The notes: a model not told the origin generated them from the letters alone. A stretch of DNA of 11,219 nt from Amoeboradix gromovi X-113 (GCA_018985225.1 JADGIF010000311.1:1-11219), one strand, 5' to 3'. Positions 1-7,595 are shown, counted from the first letter of the stretch. Numbers and translations: made by a program.

Positions 1-234
1 CTTTTATACTCGTCAACTCCGCAACTAGCTGAATGTCCACTCGTCTCTTAAATCCATAAAGTAATAAAGCTGAAATAAGGTTCCAAGTTGTTACAGAAAG
101 TTAGTCCAGTTTTTATATTTGATGTCCCACTTGTTTAATTTCTGTCGATAATAATCACTCGCTTGAATTTAACACTCTACATTTTGGTCCGCATGATTCG
201 CACCTATCTACGATTTAGACTGACGGTTGTAAGA

Positions 235-366
235 TACTCTCATTTCTTTAAGTACCCCAGATAATGTTTAGCTGGTAATCGTGTTATAACTCAGAAATGC
301 ACACGTGGTACTATAACAATTAGTCAAATTATGTCATTAAACTCAATCTACACTACAAACGCATGT
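235..366 (+). pseudogene. Highly degraded Fanzor/TnpB C-terminal coding remnant (copy 1)
   Basis: One frame reads YSHFFKYPR*CLAGNRVITQKCTRGTI...SIYTTNAC. Nucleotides ~289-316 (actcagaaatgcaca---cgtggtactataa) align with the TSQTCTRCGTL codons of the copy at ~5655-5690 minus (agtcagacatgtacaaggtgtggtactctaa). It lies upstream of, and in the same orientation as, the conserved non-coding block at 546-644. Confidence 0.4.
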
Positions 367-545
367 ATCTCGCAAACTAGTGGACTCATGATCTTACAAT
401 ATGGATTAGTGGATATCCATTGATCCGGTTTTATGTAAATATTAATTTTGTCATCTTGACAAAATATGACTTGTTCTAGTTTCCTATTGGTGTCCAATCT
501 GGCATTATGGAGCATCTAATTGAAAAATGCACCACAATTACATTA

Positions 546-644
546 GCCTCGGGGAAGTGAGAGCGTGGACAAGGGCTTTAATGGTGCCACTAGCACTGCT
601 AGTCTCTCTGTCAAAATTCTTGATTTTCTAGGTAACCAATAATT
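546..644 (+). ncRNA. Candidate Fanzor omegaRNA scaffold / element right-end, copy 1 (terminal GAGG missing)
   Basis: Manual alignment to 5543->5447 (minus) gives 70 of 97 positions identical with one 2-nt gap. It retains CCTC, the ACTAGCA-C-TGCTAGT hairpin and the 3' AATTCTTGATTTTCT stem-loop. Confidence 0.55.
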
Positions 645-729
645 AATTCAATTTAATCAAATTTTCGATCGGCTTTTAATTCAAAATCGTGCAACCATTT
701 TTATACTCAAATTTTGATTACAAGCCACA

Positions 730-1956
730 ATGTCTGAGAATTTTTCGATCGCGTTGCTTTCGATTTTCGCTAGCCAAGTTCCTGGTATAATATTTTGGAT
801 AAAAGACAGAAAACATAACCATTACAGTACGCGACTGATTTGGCTGACTTTCACACTCTACGTATTTCTATTTTTAGTCTTGATCGGTTGCTTATTTACA
901 AACTGGAACTTCGATGCTAATTTACCTTGCGGTGTTTTATGGCTAATGTTCTACTGCAGCGTACCCGCATTTATTCTTTTGACTTACCGCACTCTTTTGT
1001 TTGTGCTGATATACAAACTGCATAACCCGTTGGATGAAAGCCTCACTATTGGTGAATATTTAAATCGGTTTTTCAGCATGAAATCAACTTTAAAGAGCGC
1101 TTCCTTACATCGAAACAGCATTATAGGTAGAAAAACTAACGGTATCCGTGTAGGCTGGAAGCAATACCTAATTGTTTTACAACTTTCATTCATTGTATTG
1201 ATTCTCATGTTTATATTTGGATTATTGATTGTAGGTCCTGAAGAGATGTTTAAATATCCCACTGAATCTAGTATTTGTGATTACAGAATGTCTATAGTGC
1301 TAGTTTCTTTTACTGCCCTATGCTTTATTGTGCAGGGCTACTGTATGTTTTTGATAAGAAACTGTAAAGACGGACTGGGTATCAAAATAGAATTGATGGT
1401 TATGTTTATGATTTTACTGCCTACATACCTAGTATTTGGGGTTTTCATCTATTTAAGTAGCAACAAGCAAGAATTTACACAGGCATCTTACATAGGACTG
1501 GTGCCTACATTTGTATTGATGTCTCTCATATTATACTTTCCGTTTGTGTTTATGTTTATCTCTACATGGAAGCTCAAAAGCAAGTCAAAGACATATCTTT
1601 ATCCATATTTTGAGTTGACATTTAAAGAACCAGCACATCGTACAAAAATGGAACAGATAGCTAGAAAGAGACTGTGCAGTGAACTGATGAATTTTATGAA
1701 TCTATTTGACGAAATGGAAAAAGAGTTTCAGAGAAATGGACTAAGTAAAGCTTATAAAGATATTGGCAGTTCTATCATTACCAAATATCTAATTGATCAA
1801 AGCGATGAACAAGTTTGTTTAAATGAAGATGTAATTTTGCGAATTTTACAAGTTCCGTCTCAGGAACAAATCCCTTTTGATCATTGGCTTGTTGCTAAGA
1901 AAGATGTACTCTATATGATATATGAAAATATTTACAAATATTACGTTGAAGACTGA
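730..1956 (+). CDS. 7TM-RGS protein (multi-pass membrane domain fused to a C-terminal RGS domain; GprK/AtRGS1-like architecture)
   Basis: 408-aa intronless ORF with about seven hydrophobic segments and the DGLGIKIEL motif typical of 7TM-RGS proteins. The C-terminal ~115 aa follow the RGS pattern (EPAHR...LCSELMNF...IITKYL...SDEQVCL...AKKDVLYMIYENIYKYY). Confidence 0.8.
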   Translation: MSENFSIALLSIFASQVPGIIFWIKDRKHNHYSTRLIWLTFTLYVFLFLVLIGCLFTNWNFDANLPCGVLWLMFYCSVPAFILLTYRTLLFVLIYKLHNPLDESLTIGEYLNRFFSMKSTLKSASLHRNSIIGRKTNGIRVGWKQYLIVLQLSFIVLILMFIFGLLIVGPEEMFKYPTESSICDYRMSIVLVSFTALCFIVQGYCMFLIRNCKDGLGIKIELMVMFMILLPTYLVFGVFIYLSSNKQEFTQASYIGLVPTFVLMSLILYFPFVFMFISTWKLKSKSKTYLYPYFELTFKEPAHRTKMEQIARKRLCSELMNFMNLFDEMEKEFQRNGLSKAYKDIGSSIITKYLIDQSDEQVCLNEDVILRILQVPSQEQIPFDHWLVAKKDVLYMIYENIYKYYVED

Positions 1957-2005
1957 TTCTATTTTAGTAAACATAATATGCATTTTAAGTCTTTCAAATA
2001 AAATT

Positions 2006-2136
2006 GACTACACCAGTAAGGAGTCAAACAGTAGCGAGAAAATAGAGTAATTTGGGTACGCATATTCATAGAAACTGTCATATCAATCTAAGATTGAGAC
2101 CAGAACATATGTTTGAAATTTACGCATCCATATTGA
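2006..2136 (+). pseudogene. Degraded Fanzor/TnpB C-terminal coding remnant (copy 2)
   Basis: Broken frames give DYTSKESNSSEKI (decayed YTSKxCxxCG), NCHINL-D*D (cf. CHLEIDRD) and QNICLKFTHPY* (cf. KNIYIKYMHPY in copy 3). TGA at 2134-2136 marks the likely ancestral stop. Confidence 0.65.
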
Positions 2137-2230
2137 GACCCACCTCCTGGTATCTGAAGTGCGAGCAGCTACTGCAACGGATTGACTGGTACTCTCAGTT
2201 TCCCTGTGGAAAGCGGGAAATTTAATGAGG
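2137..2230 (+). ncRNA. Candidate Fanzor omegaRNA scaffold / element right-end, copy 2
   Basis: Co-linear with 5548->5438 minus (cccacctc/cccgcctc, gagc..tactgcaacgga, agtttc..tgtggaaa, aatttaatgagg). It lacks the ~20-nt 3' stem-loop. Similarity stops after GAGG(A). Confidence 0.6.
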
Positions 2231-2540
2231 AGTGACATACAACGCCCCGTCTCCGTTAAACAGCATGATATTCGCTGCATCATTTATACTTGCTTTTCCT
2301 TTTACTGGATGCTTTGATTTGCTTTTCAGTTGCAAAACAATGGGCACTGAAAACCAAAAGCTTCATAGTGGATTACAGAATCAAGCAGCAATTTTCAGAG
2401 CAGCCTCATAAATTTGCACCATCAGATATTGTGGAACAATAGTAAATACTTCTCTACACCGAAACACTTGGTTCGGAATTTCCTCTTCAACAGTTTTTCT
2501 GAAGTCTTAAATTTTAATTTTGAAACTTTGAGTAATTTTG

Positions 2541-3045
2541 ATGCATCCTCTAGTACGTGGTTTCTACCACGGATTAAGATATGGTTCAAAAGTTAGAGCA
2601 CCCCATTCACTTGTTATGACACTTTTATTTAAAAGAGACACTATACCAAAAATGTTGGAACAAATTTTAACTTTGACATTGCAGCATGGAATAAGACTAG
2701 GCAGTTTTGCAGGATTGTTTAGATATGGAAGGTTGTTAATAAGCAAACCACATTTAAGGGAGATTATACCAGGATTTTTGTTTGGGTGTTTATGTTTTGG
2801 AGACCATTTCCTATCGCAACAGGTGGTGATGTACTTGCTGAGTAGAAACATATATGGACTGTTTGCCACTTTGAATGAAAAATTCAAAATCAATTGGTTT
2901 AACAATCAAAACCAGAGAGTTGTCGCTGGATTAAATTGGGCAGCTGGTATTTACATTTAATTTAGTCATGTGGCTGTTCTACCATTATCCTAAAAATCTG
3001 CAAGCATCATTAAGAACATCTATGGAATACTTATATCTACAATAG
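2541..3045 (+). CDS. PXMP4: Peroxisomal membrane protein 4 (Tim17/22/23-PMP24 family); exons 2541-2946 and 2966-3045, 161 aa
   Basis: The N-terminal RGFYHGLRYGSKVRAPHSLVMTLLF and QQVVMYLLSR motifs are PXMP4-like. Removing the 19-nt GT..AG intron restores the conserved C-terminus WAAVMWLFYHYPKNLQASLRTSMEYLYLQ*. Confidence 0.85.
2947..2965 (+). other. 19-nt spliceosomal intron (GTATTTACATTTAATTTAG)
   Basis: Canonical GT..AG ends. It contains the in-frame TAA that truncates the ORF, and its excision precisely rejoins the PXMP4 family motif. Confidence 0.8.
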
Positions 3046-3223
3046 TTGTCCAGTTTGTGAAATAAAAATTTTTCAAGTAGTTTTAATATTTAAGATATCT
3101 TGTTATTATTTGACATCCCTTCAATGCACATAATTGAATACTTCAATTAACAGTGTAATTTTGTAGCTGCAATCCGATCTGCTCGGTAAAGAGTGTGTGA
3201 AATTTAGAAGGATAAATCAGGGG

Positions 3224-5269
3224 ATGACAGAAATGATTGCTGCAAATAGTCCAAATGTAAAGTTGACTGTGTTTGCTTCCAAGCATGGTGTTCATGTAAC
3301 TGATTTGAAGAATCAGATGATTTTGCCTCATCAGGCTACTCACGTTGCATTGAGTTGTTTTGACAGCCATGTATACTTGCTAGTTCAAACTGATGTTCTA
3401 TATCTTTATAAATGGCACGAGTCAATGGTTTTTTTGGAGAAATTAGAGCCTCTACAGTACGATGTTCAGTACAAGAATATACAACTACATAATGATTTGT
3501 GTGTATTTCAGTTGGAAAATGATCAAGTTCACTCAATTGGGGTTGAAGACCTTGAAGGTATGTCCGAGCATATATTTACTACTAAAAATTCATTCATATT
3601 TGTTAAACCTAATTGTTATATGGAATACTCAAAAAAAGATTTGATTTACCATTCAAATGGATGTAAATTTGCAAAGTCAATTCCTTTTACGATAACAGCA
3701 GTTACAATTGAGAACGATATATGTGCAGTAGGTACAAAGGGTGGTCAGGTCTTAATATTTTATTTAAATGCTACACTAAATAGTTATGAAATGTATCACT
3801 GGCATCCTACTGCGGTTACAGGTTTAGCTATATTAAACCAAACAGTCTGCAGTATAGGAAAAGAAGCGGTTGTAGTATACTATCACCTGGTAGAAAAGAG
3901 TAAAGATTTTATAAGCAGAGTGCATCGTGGTGCTATAAACAAGATGGTCAAGTGTCATAACTCTTTAGTAATTCAAGCACGCGATGGTGCCGTGTATGCT
4001 GTTATTGAGAATGATAAAGCAACTAGATTGTACAAGGACATAATACTTATAGATCCTGGATATTCTGCAGTAATCGAACAATTGAATGACCTTATTTATT
4101 TAAATGCGACACCAGGAATTATTCAGATTATTAATTCAGATTGCAAAGTAGTTGATGAAATAGATTATGCACCAGAGTATTCATATGTACCGTCTATCGG
4201 TAAAAAGATACAGCCAACAGTGCCCAAACTAAGTAGGTTCTTAGTTTTAGATTCTATAATGATTTGCATAGTAAATCATATGCTTTTGCGCGTGTACAAG
4301 AAGGTCAATGGTTCTTACCAATACATCTCACTGCGAAAGTCCTCTTCTCCAATAAAATGCATCCAAGAGGTTAATAACATGATTTATGTTTTAAAATCAA
4401 ATCAGCTAGAAGTCTATAGTTTAGACTTTGAGATTTTAAACATTATACGAGTTCCGTTTGATTTCTGTGCAGCAGAGTTTAGCGTTGATGGTTCTATGAT
4501 GCTTGCTAGTTGCGGTAACAATTTAGTGTTCTTCTCAATTCAACAGCAGGTGATTCTGATGGAGACTCAACTGAGAGACGCATGTACAAGTTTGTACAGA
4601 GTACGTAACTGTGTCTACTGTTTAGGTGGAACCTCATTGGTTGTAGTGGACTTGTTAGCTGGAAATGTTGTTAGTCAATGTAAGATTCCAAACGATGCGA
4701 CCTTATTTCAGAATTATTTATTTTGTGACACTGCGTACAAGATAAATGTGCACGAAATTGTTGAATGTAAAAGAAGAGGGCTGGATTGTGATTTACAGCC
4801 ATTTGAAGAAATTAAAGTGTTGCCTAAGACTATCAAAATGTACTTATTGGATTCAAAAGCAGTATATTGGACTAATGATGGCTTAAAGGCGGAAGAAAGT
4901 TTGAAAGATATGGTAATAAATGTTGACCGTACAGAGAATCGAGCACTGGGATCAATTTACGATCTGTCAAAGAAATCAATAACTGCTATTCAAAGAGTTT
5001 TAGCATGCGATTCATTTGTTAAACCATTACAGGAGTTATTTGAATTACCTAATGAACATATGTACTTGATTGAAGACGATTTGTGTACATTACTAGAAGC
5101 ACAGATGCATGTTGAGGACGGCGAAGTAGAAGAAGAGGACAAGGAAGATAACACGATCAAGGACACTAACAGCCCCGATGCAAATATCTCTGTGCAATTC
5201 CACTCCAATGAGTTTAAAAAACCTCCAAAATATTTAAGACAATACGCAAAGTCTATCGAGGCCAAATAA
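3224..5269 (+). CDS. UTP17: U3 snoRNP / t-UTP WD40 protein Utp17 (NAN1/WDR75), divergent
   Basis: Long beta-rich WD40-like ORF. It carries the family signature YHWHPTAVTGLAI...CSIGKEAVVVYY...KDFISRV (cf. LHWH...SGGRESVLV.W...KEFLPRL) and an acidic C-terminal tract. First ATG is at 3224; the start is uncertain. Confidence 0.8.
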   Translation: MTEMIAANSPNVKLTVFASKHGVHVTDLKNQMILPHQATHVALSCFDSHVYLLVQTDVLYLYKWHESMVFLEKLEPLQYDVQYKNIQLHNDLCVFQLENDQVHSIGVEDLEGMSEHIFTTKNSFIFVKPNCYMEYSKKDLIYHSNGCKFAKSIPFTITAVTIENDICAVGTKGGQVLIFYLNATLNSYEMYHWHPTAVTGLAILNQTVCSIGKEAVVVYYHLVEKSKDFISRVHRGAINKMVKCHNSLVIQARDGAVYAVIENDKATRLYKDIILIDPGYSAVIEQLNDLIYLNATPGIIQIINSDCKVVDEIDYAPEYSYVPSIGKKIQPTVPKLSRFLVLDSIMICIVNHMLLRVYKKVNGSYQYISLRKSSSPIKCIQEVNNMIYVLKSNQLEVYSLDFEILNIIRVPFDFCAAEFSVDGSMMLASCGNNLVFFSIQQQVILMETQLRDACTSLYRVRNCVYCLGGTSLVVVDLLAGNVVSQCKIPNDATLFQNYLFCDTAYKINVHEIVECKRRGLDCDLQPFEEIKVLPKTIKMYLLDSKAVYWTNDGLKAEESLKDMVINVDRTENRALGSIYDLSKKSITAIQRVLACDSFVKPLQELFELPNEHMYLIEDDLCTLLEAQMHVEDGEVEEEDKEDNTIKDTNSPDANISVQFHSNEFKKPPKYLRQYAKSIEAK

Positions 5270-5437
5270 TAAATTTTAGATTTATTTGCAATTGCATCAT
5301 TAACATTCAAGAGACCAGTAAAATACATCTCTACCCTACTTTCAATTCTTCTCATTGTCATCCCAGAGAGAAGAGACAACTTTGTTCAGTTGTATTGATA
5401 GAAGCCTATCTGTAGCAGCTGGTATCACAAAAAGTAT

Positions 5438-5548
5438 CCTCGTTAAAATTCCTGATTTCCGAGAAAATCGAGAATTTCCACAGAAACTAGCAATGCTAGA
5501 TGCTCCGTTACAGTAAAAGCTCACATTTTCACTACCCTGAGGCGGGAT
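5438..5548 (-). ncRNA. Candidate Fanzor omegaRNA scaffold / element right-end, copy 3 (most complete)
   Basis: Directly 3' of the Fanzor tail. Contains a CCC-GCCTCA-GGG stem-loop, a CTAGCA-T-TGCTAG hairpin and a 14-position stem AAATTCTCGATTTT-CTCG-GAAATCAGGAATTT (13/14 paired including 2 G-U in the minus-strand sense). Ends TTAACGAGG. Homologous to 546-644 and 2137-2230. Confidence 0.6.
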
Positions 5549-5790
5549 TGAATAAGGATGCATATACTTGATGTAAATATTCTTTGCTGCCATGTGGTCT
5601 CTATCTATTTCCAAATGACAATAAGGTACAGGTATAGTGTCTAAGTTGGTTTCTTTAGAGTACCACACCTTGTACATGTCTGACTAGTAAATGCTTCATT
5701 ACATGCTTCATTACATTATACCATTTTCTTTCCACGCTCTTTACACTTGTACATCAAGTGTTCGTTGAATGTGTAACGGGACATGGTCCA
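5549..5790 (-). pseudogene. Fanzor (eukaryotic TnpB, Fanzor2/IS607-like) C-terminal fragment: RuvC-II/zinc finger/RuvC-III (copy 3)
   Basis: Stitched frames read TMSRYTFNEHLMYKCKERGKKMV*CNEACNEAFTSQTCTRCGTLKKP / LRHYTC / PYCHLEIDRDHMAAKNIYIKYMHPY. This matches the TnpB/Fanzor pattern SHY.F...L.YKC...G......NE.YTS.TC..CG....C..C...DRD.N.A.NI. It has one stop, two frameshifts and a 12-nt duplication; the 5' part is absent. Confidence 0.85.
5691..5714. repeat. Perfect 12-nt tandem duplication (ATGCTTCATTAC x2) in the Fanzor remnant
   Basis: Read directly; duplicates CNEA on the minus strand. Confidence 0.9.
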
Positions 5791-5792
5791 TC

Positions 5793-5884
5793 CCTCGTTA
5801 ATGAAAAATTAGAATAGCGCGTATTTATGTCGATCTACAAAACTAGAAAGGGTGGAGATTTGTCGTTATTTTTCATATTCTCAA
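5793..5884 (-). mobile_element. Possible fourth, more diverged right-end/omegaRNA copy abutting the Fanzor fragment
   Basis: Minus strand shows tgagaatatg..taacg....atct..ctagttttgtaga...TTAACGAGG. Motif order matches copy 3 and the ctagttt-to-TTAACGAGG spacing is nearly identical (45 vs 44 nt). Confidence 0.35.
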
Positions 5885-6224
5885 TAAATTATTTATTCTT
5901 GAAATTTCATAAGCTGTTCTACTTTTTAATGGTTCAAGAGGAACTTAATAGTTTGGTAGTGTTATTTTTTTATCAAATTCTTTGCACCTCTAAGCACCTG
6001 CAAAGTGGAAGAAAGCATTGTAGATTTTGTAATTTTACTCAATAATCGCATTGCGAGATAGCCTGTATAGGCCGCGACAGTGCTTAAATCGTCCGCTCTT
6101 GATACAGTCATTGGGTTGTTGCCTTCAGTCATTCTTGAAGTAAATCCGGAGCTTATCAAATAATGTTTGAACTCTGTCTAAAACGCTGCTTCTGTGTTAA
6201 ATTATGTGATGGAGCATCTGGTAG

Positions 6225-6233
6225 TATAAAAAG
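6225..6233 (+). promoter_or_regulatory. Putative TATA box (TATAAAAAG)
   Basis: Consensus TATAWAWR about 40 nt upstream of the ATG at 6273; the AT-rich background limits confidence. Confidence 0.35.
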
Positions 6234-6272
6234 ACCTGTGTGGGATCAATACAACTCATCAGCAGAAATAAA

Positions 6273-7265
6273 ATGCTCGCTTTTCTCATTTTGATATTAG
6301 TACAGACGTATTGCAATGATGATTCAGATGCTCTTGGTATCTTACTTAAACGCATTTATGATCCATCTGTCGGAAAGCGATTTATGTATTCTTGGACTAA
6401 AGACTCTCCTGAGCCACGACCTGTTTATTCCGATGGTACATTTCAGGATATGATAGTTGAAAGCATTCGTGATGGTGATTTTAGGACGTTTACTGAAGTT
6501 GCCGACAGAATCACTACTAGAGGCAGTGTTACTAAGTTAGACGATCTCTTGCTTAGCACAGAAAAATTTAAATCACTAGAAGAAGTAGATGATAGCAAAT
6601 ATTCTAAACTGGCTAATGAGTTGAATAAGCCACAATTAAATCATAGACTCCTAAGATATGCTCGTAATCATAATAGTGCTGAAATATTCATGATAGTGTA
6701 CCATTTTACAAATGCTGGTGATATCTCAGATGTCCTTGATGATTCAGATGATTTTGTGTATAGTGGTGTTAAATTTAAGGAACTTTTTCCTCTTTTGAAG
6801 GCGGCTTTACCTGATAAGAAATTTAAATTTCATCAATACTTTTTCAAGTACTTCTGTGCCTTGTCATCCAGAACATTTGAAAATGAAGATGTTCCAAAAT
6901 TGGAAGCGATTAAGCAGTTTGCCATATCACACATAGAACACTACTACTTTCGTATACATCAGTTTGGTGAACTTCTTAGCCGAACCGATCTTAGAAATTT
7001 TATAACTTTGGAGCACCTGAAGACTAAGTTGAAGGATAACATCAAGTCAAATTACTTGTATTATCGGCCAAATGGCCCGTCATTAAAGCCTTTAGATAAT
7101 TATTATCGCAATGTCGGTATTATGACAGATAATGAATGGATAAAGGGTTGGAATACAAATTACGAGGCCAATTGGTATAAGAATGATGCAAATGCAAATA
7201 TAATGTGGCAAGCATACAGAGGTGCAGCTATCTCACAATGCAATGCTATGGCAATTGTAAATTAA
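6273..7265 (+). CDS. Secreted hypothetical protein (330 aa), candidate effector
   Basis: Long intact ORF. The ATG at 6273 begins a short signal-peptide-like stretch MLAFLILILVQTYC followed by a hydrophilic, mostly helical-looking body. No family recognised. Confidence 0.7.
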   Translation: MLAFLILILVQTYCNDDSDALGILLKRIYDPSVGKRFMYSWTKDSPEPRPVYSDGTFQDMIVESIRDGDFRTFTEVADRITTRGSVTKLDDLLLSTEKFKSLEEVDDSKYSKLANELNKPQLNHRLLRYARNHNSAEIFMIVYHFTNAGDISDVLDDSDDFVYSGVKFKELFPLLKAALPDKKFKFHQYFFKYFCALSSRTFENEDVPKLEAIKQFAISHIEHYYFRIHQFGELLSRTDLRNFITLEHLKTKLKDNIKSNYLYYRPNGPSLKPLDNYYRNVGIMTDNEWIKGWNTNYEANWYKNDANANIMWQAYRGAAISQCNAMAIVN

Positions 7266-7290
7266 TTCGTGAATATTGCACTTCACCGTC

Positions 7291-7506
7291 CACATGTCGT
7301 ATACTCGGCGTAAAACAGCCAAACTCGACTTGAACATGGCTACAGACAAAGCTCAGTAAACCCTAAAAATGGGATAAAAACCCATGTGCAAGGTCACTAG
7401 TTTACTAGTTGAAAGAATACGGGCCAAACAACGACTTGAGTCACTGCTCCAAAATGTGTTTATTAGTTAGGCTTGTAGAAGAATTAGGGGCCACCTTCAC
7501 ACCAAG
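7291..7506 (-). pseudogene. Degraded pogo/Tc5-type DDE transposase remnant
   Basis: A single frame with stops reads LGVKVAPNSSTSLTNKHILEQ*LKSLFGPYSFN**TSDLAHGFLSHF*GLLSFVCSHVQVEFGCFTPSIRHV. This parallels the DDE_1 pattern S..GWTN..I...WL...F.P......LL.DG..SH......F.....I...C.P....H. Confidence 0.4.
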
Positions 7507-7595
7507 TAGCCTGTCAGCTTATCAATCTTGGGCGCAAGATGAAGTGTTGAAATGTCATTTATTTTTCGACTTTTGAAACAACTTGACTAGTTAAA

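Noticed and set aside
30-170. Minus-strand YRQKLNKWDIKYKN resembling a Clr5-like helix-turn-helix
   Set aside because: Short match within a stop-interrupted frame at the window edge.
2083-2283. 66-aa minus ORF
   Set aside because: It is antisense to the Fanzor copy-2 tail and scaffold, and has no protein motif.
2404-2480. Possible fifth right-end copy on minus (AAATTTATGAGG plus hairpins)
   Set aside because: Only the terminal motif and a few bases match, so it cannot be aligned convincingly by eye.
5342-5677. 111-aa minus ORF as a real gene
   Set aside because: It is a chimera: only YCHLEIDRDHMAAKNIYIKYMHPY is in the Fanzor frame, and the rest is read-through past a mutated stop (TCA where copy 2 has TGA).
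546-5884. CRISPR array interpretation of the repeated blocks
   Set aside because: The copies are kilobases apart, in both orientations, about 70% identical and attached to Fanzor codons; there is no regular repeat-spacer periodicity.
5962-6200. Minus-strand frame TEAAF*TEFKHYL...SRAD faintly like a PD-(D/E)XK nuclease fragment
   Set aside because: Interrupted by a stop and lacks a recognisable (D/E)xK motif; too weak to call.
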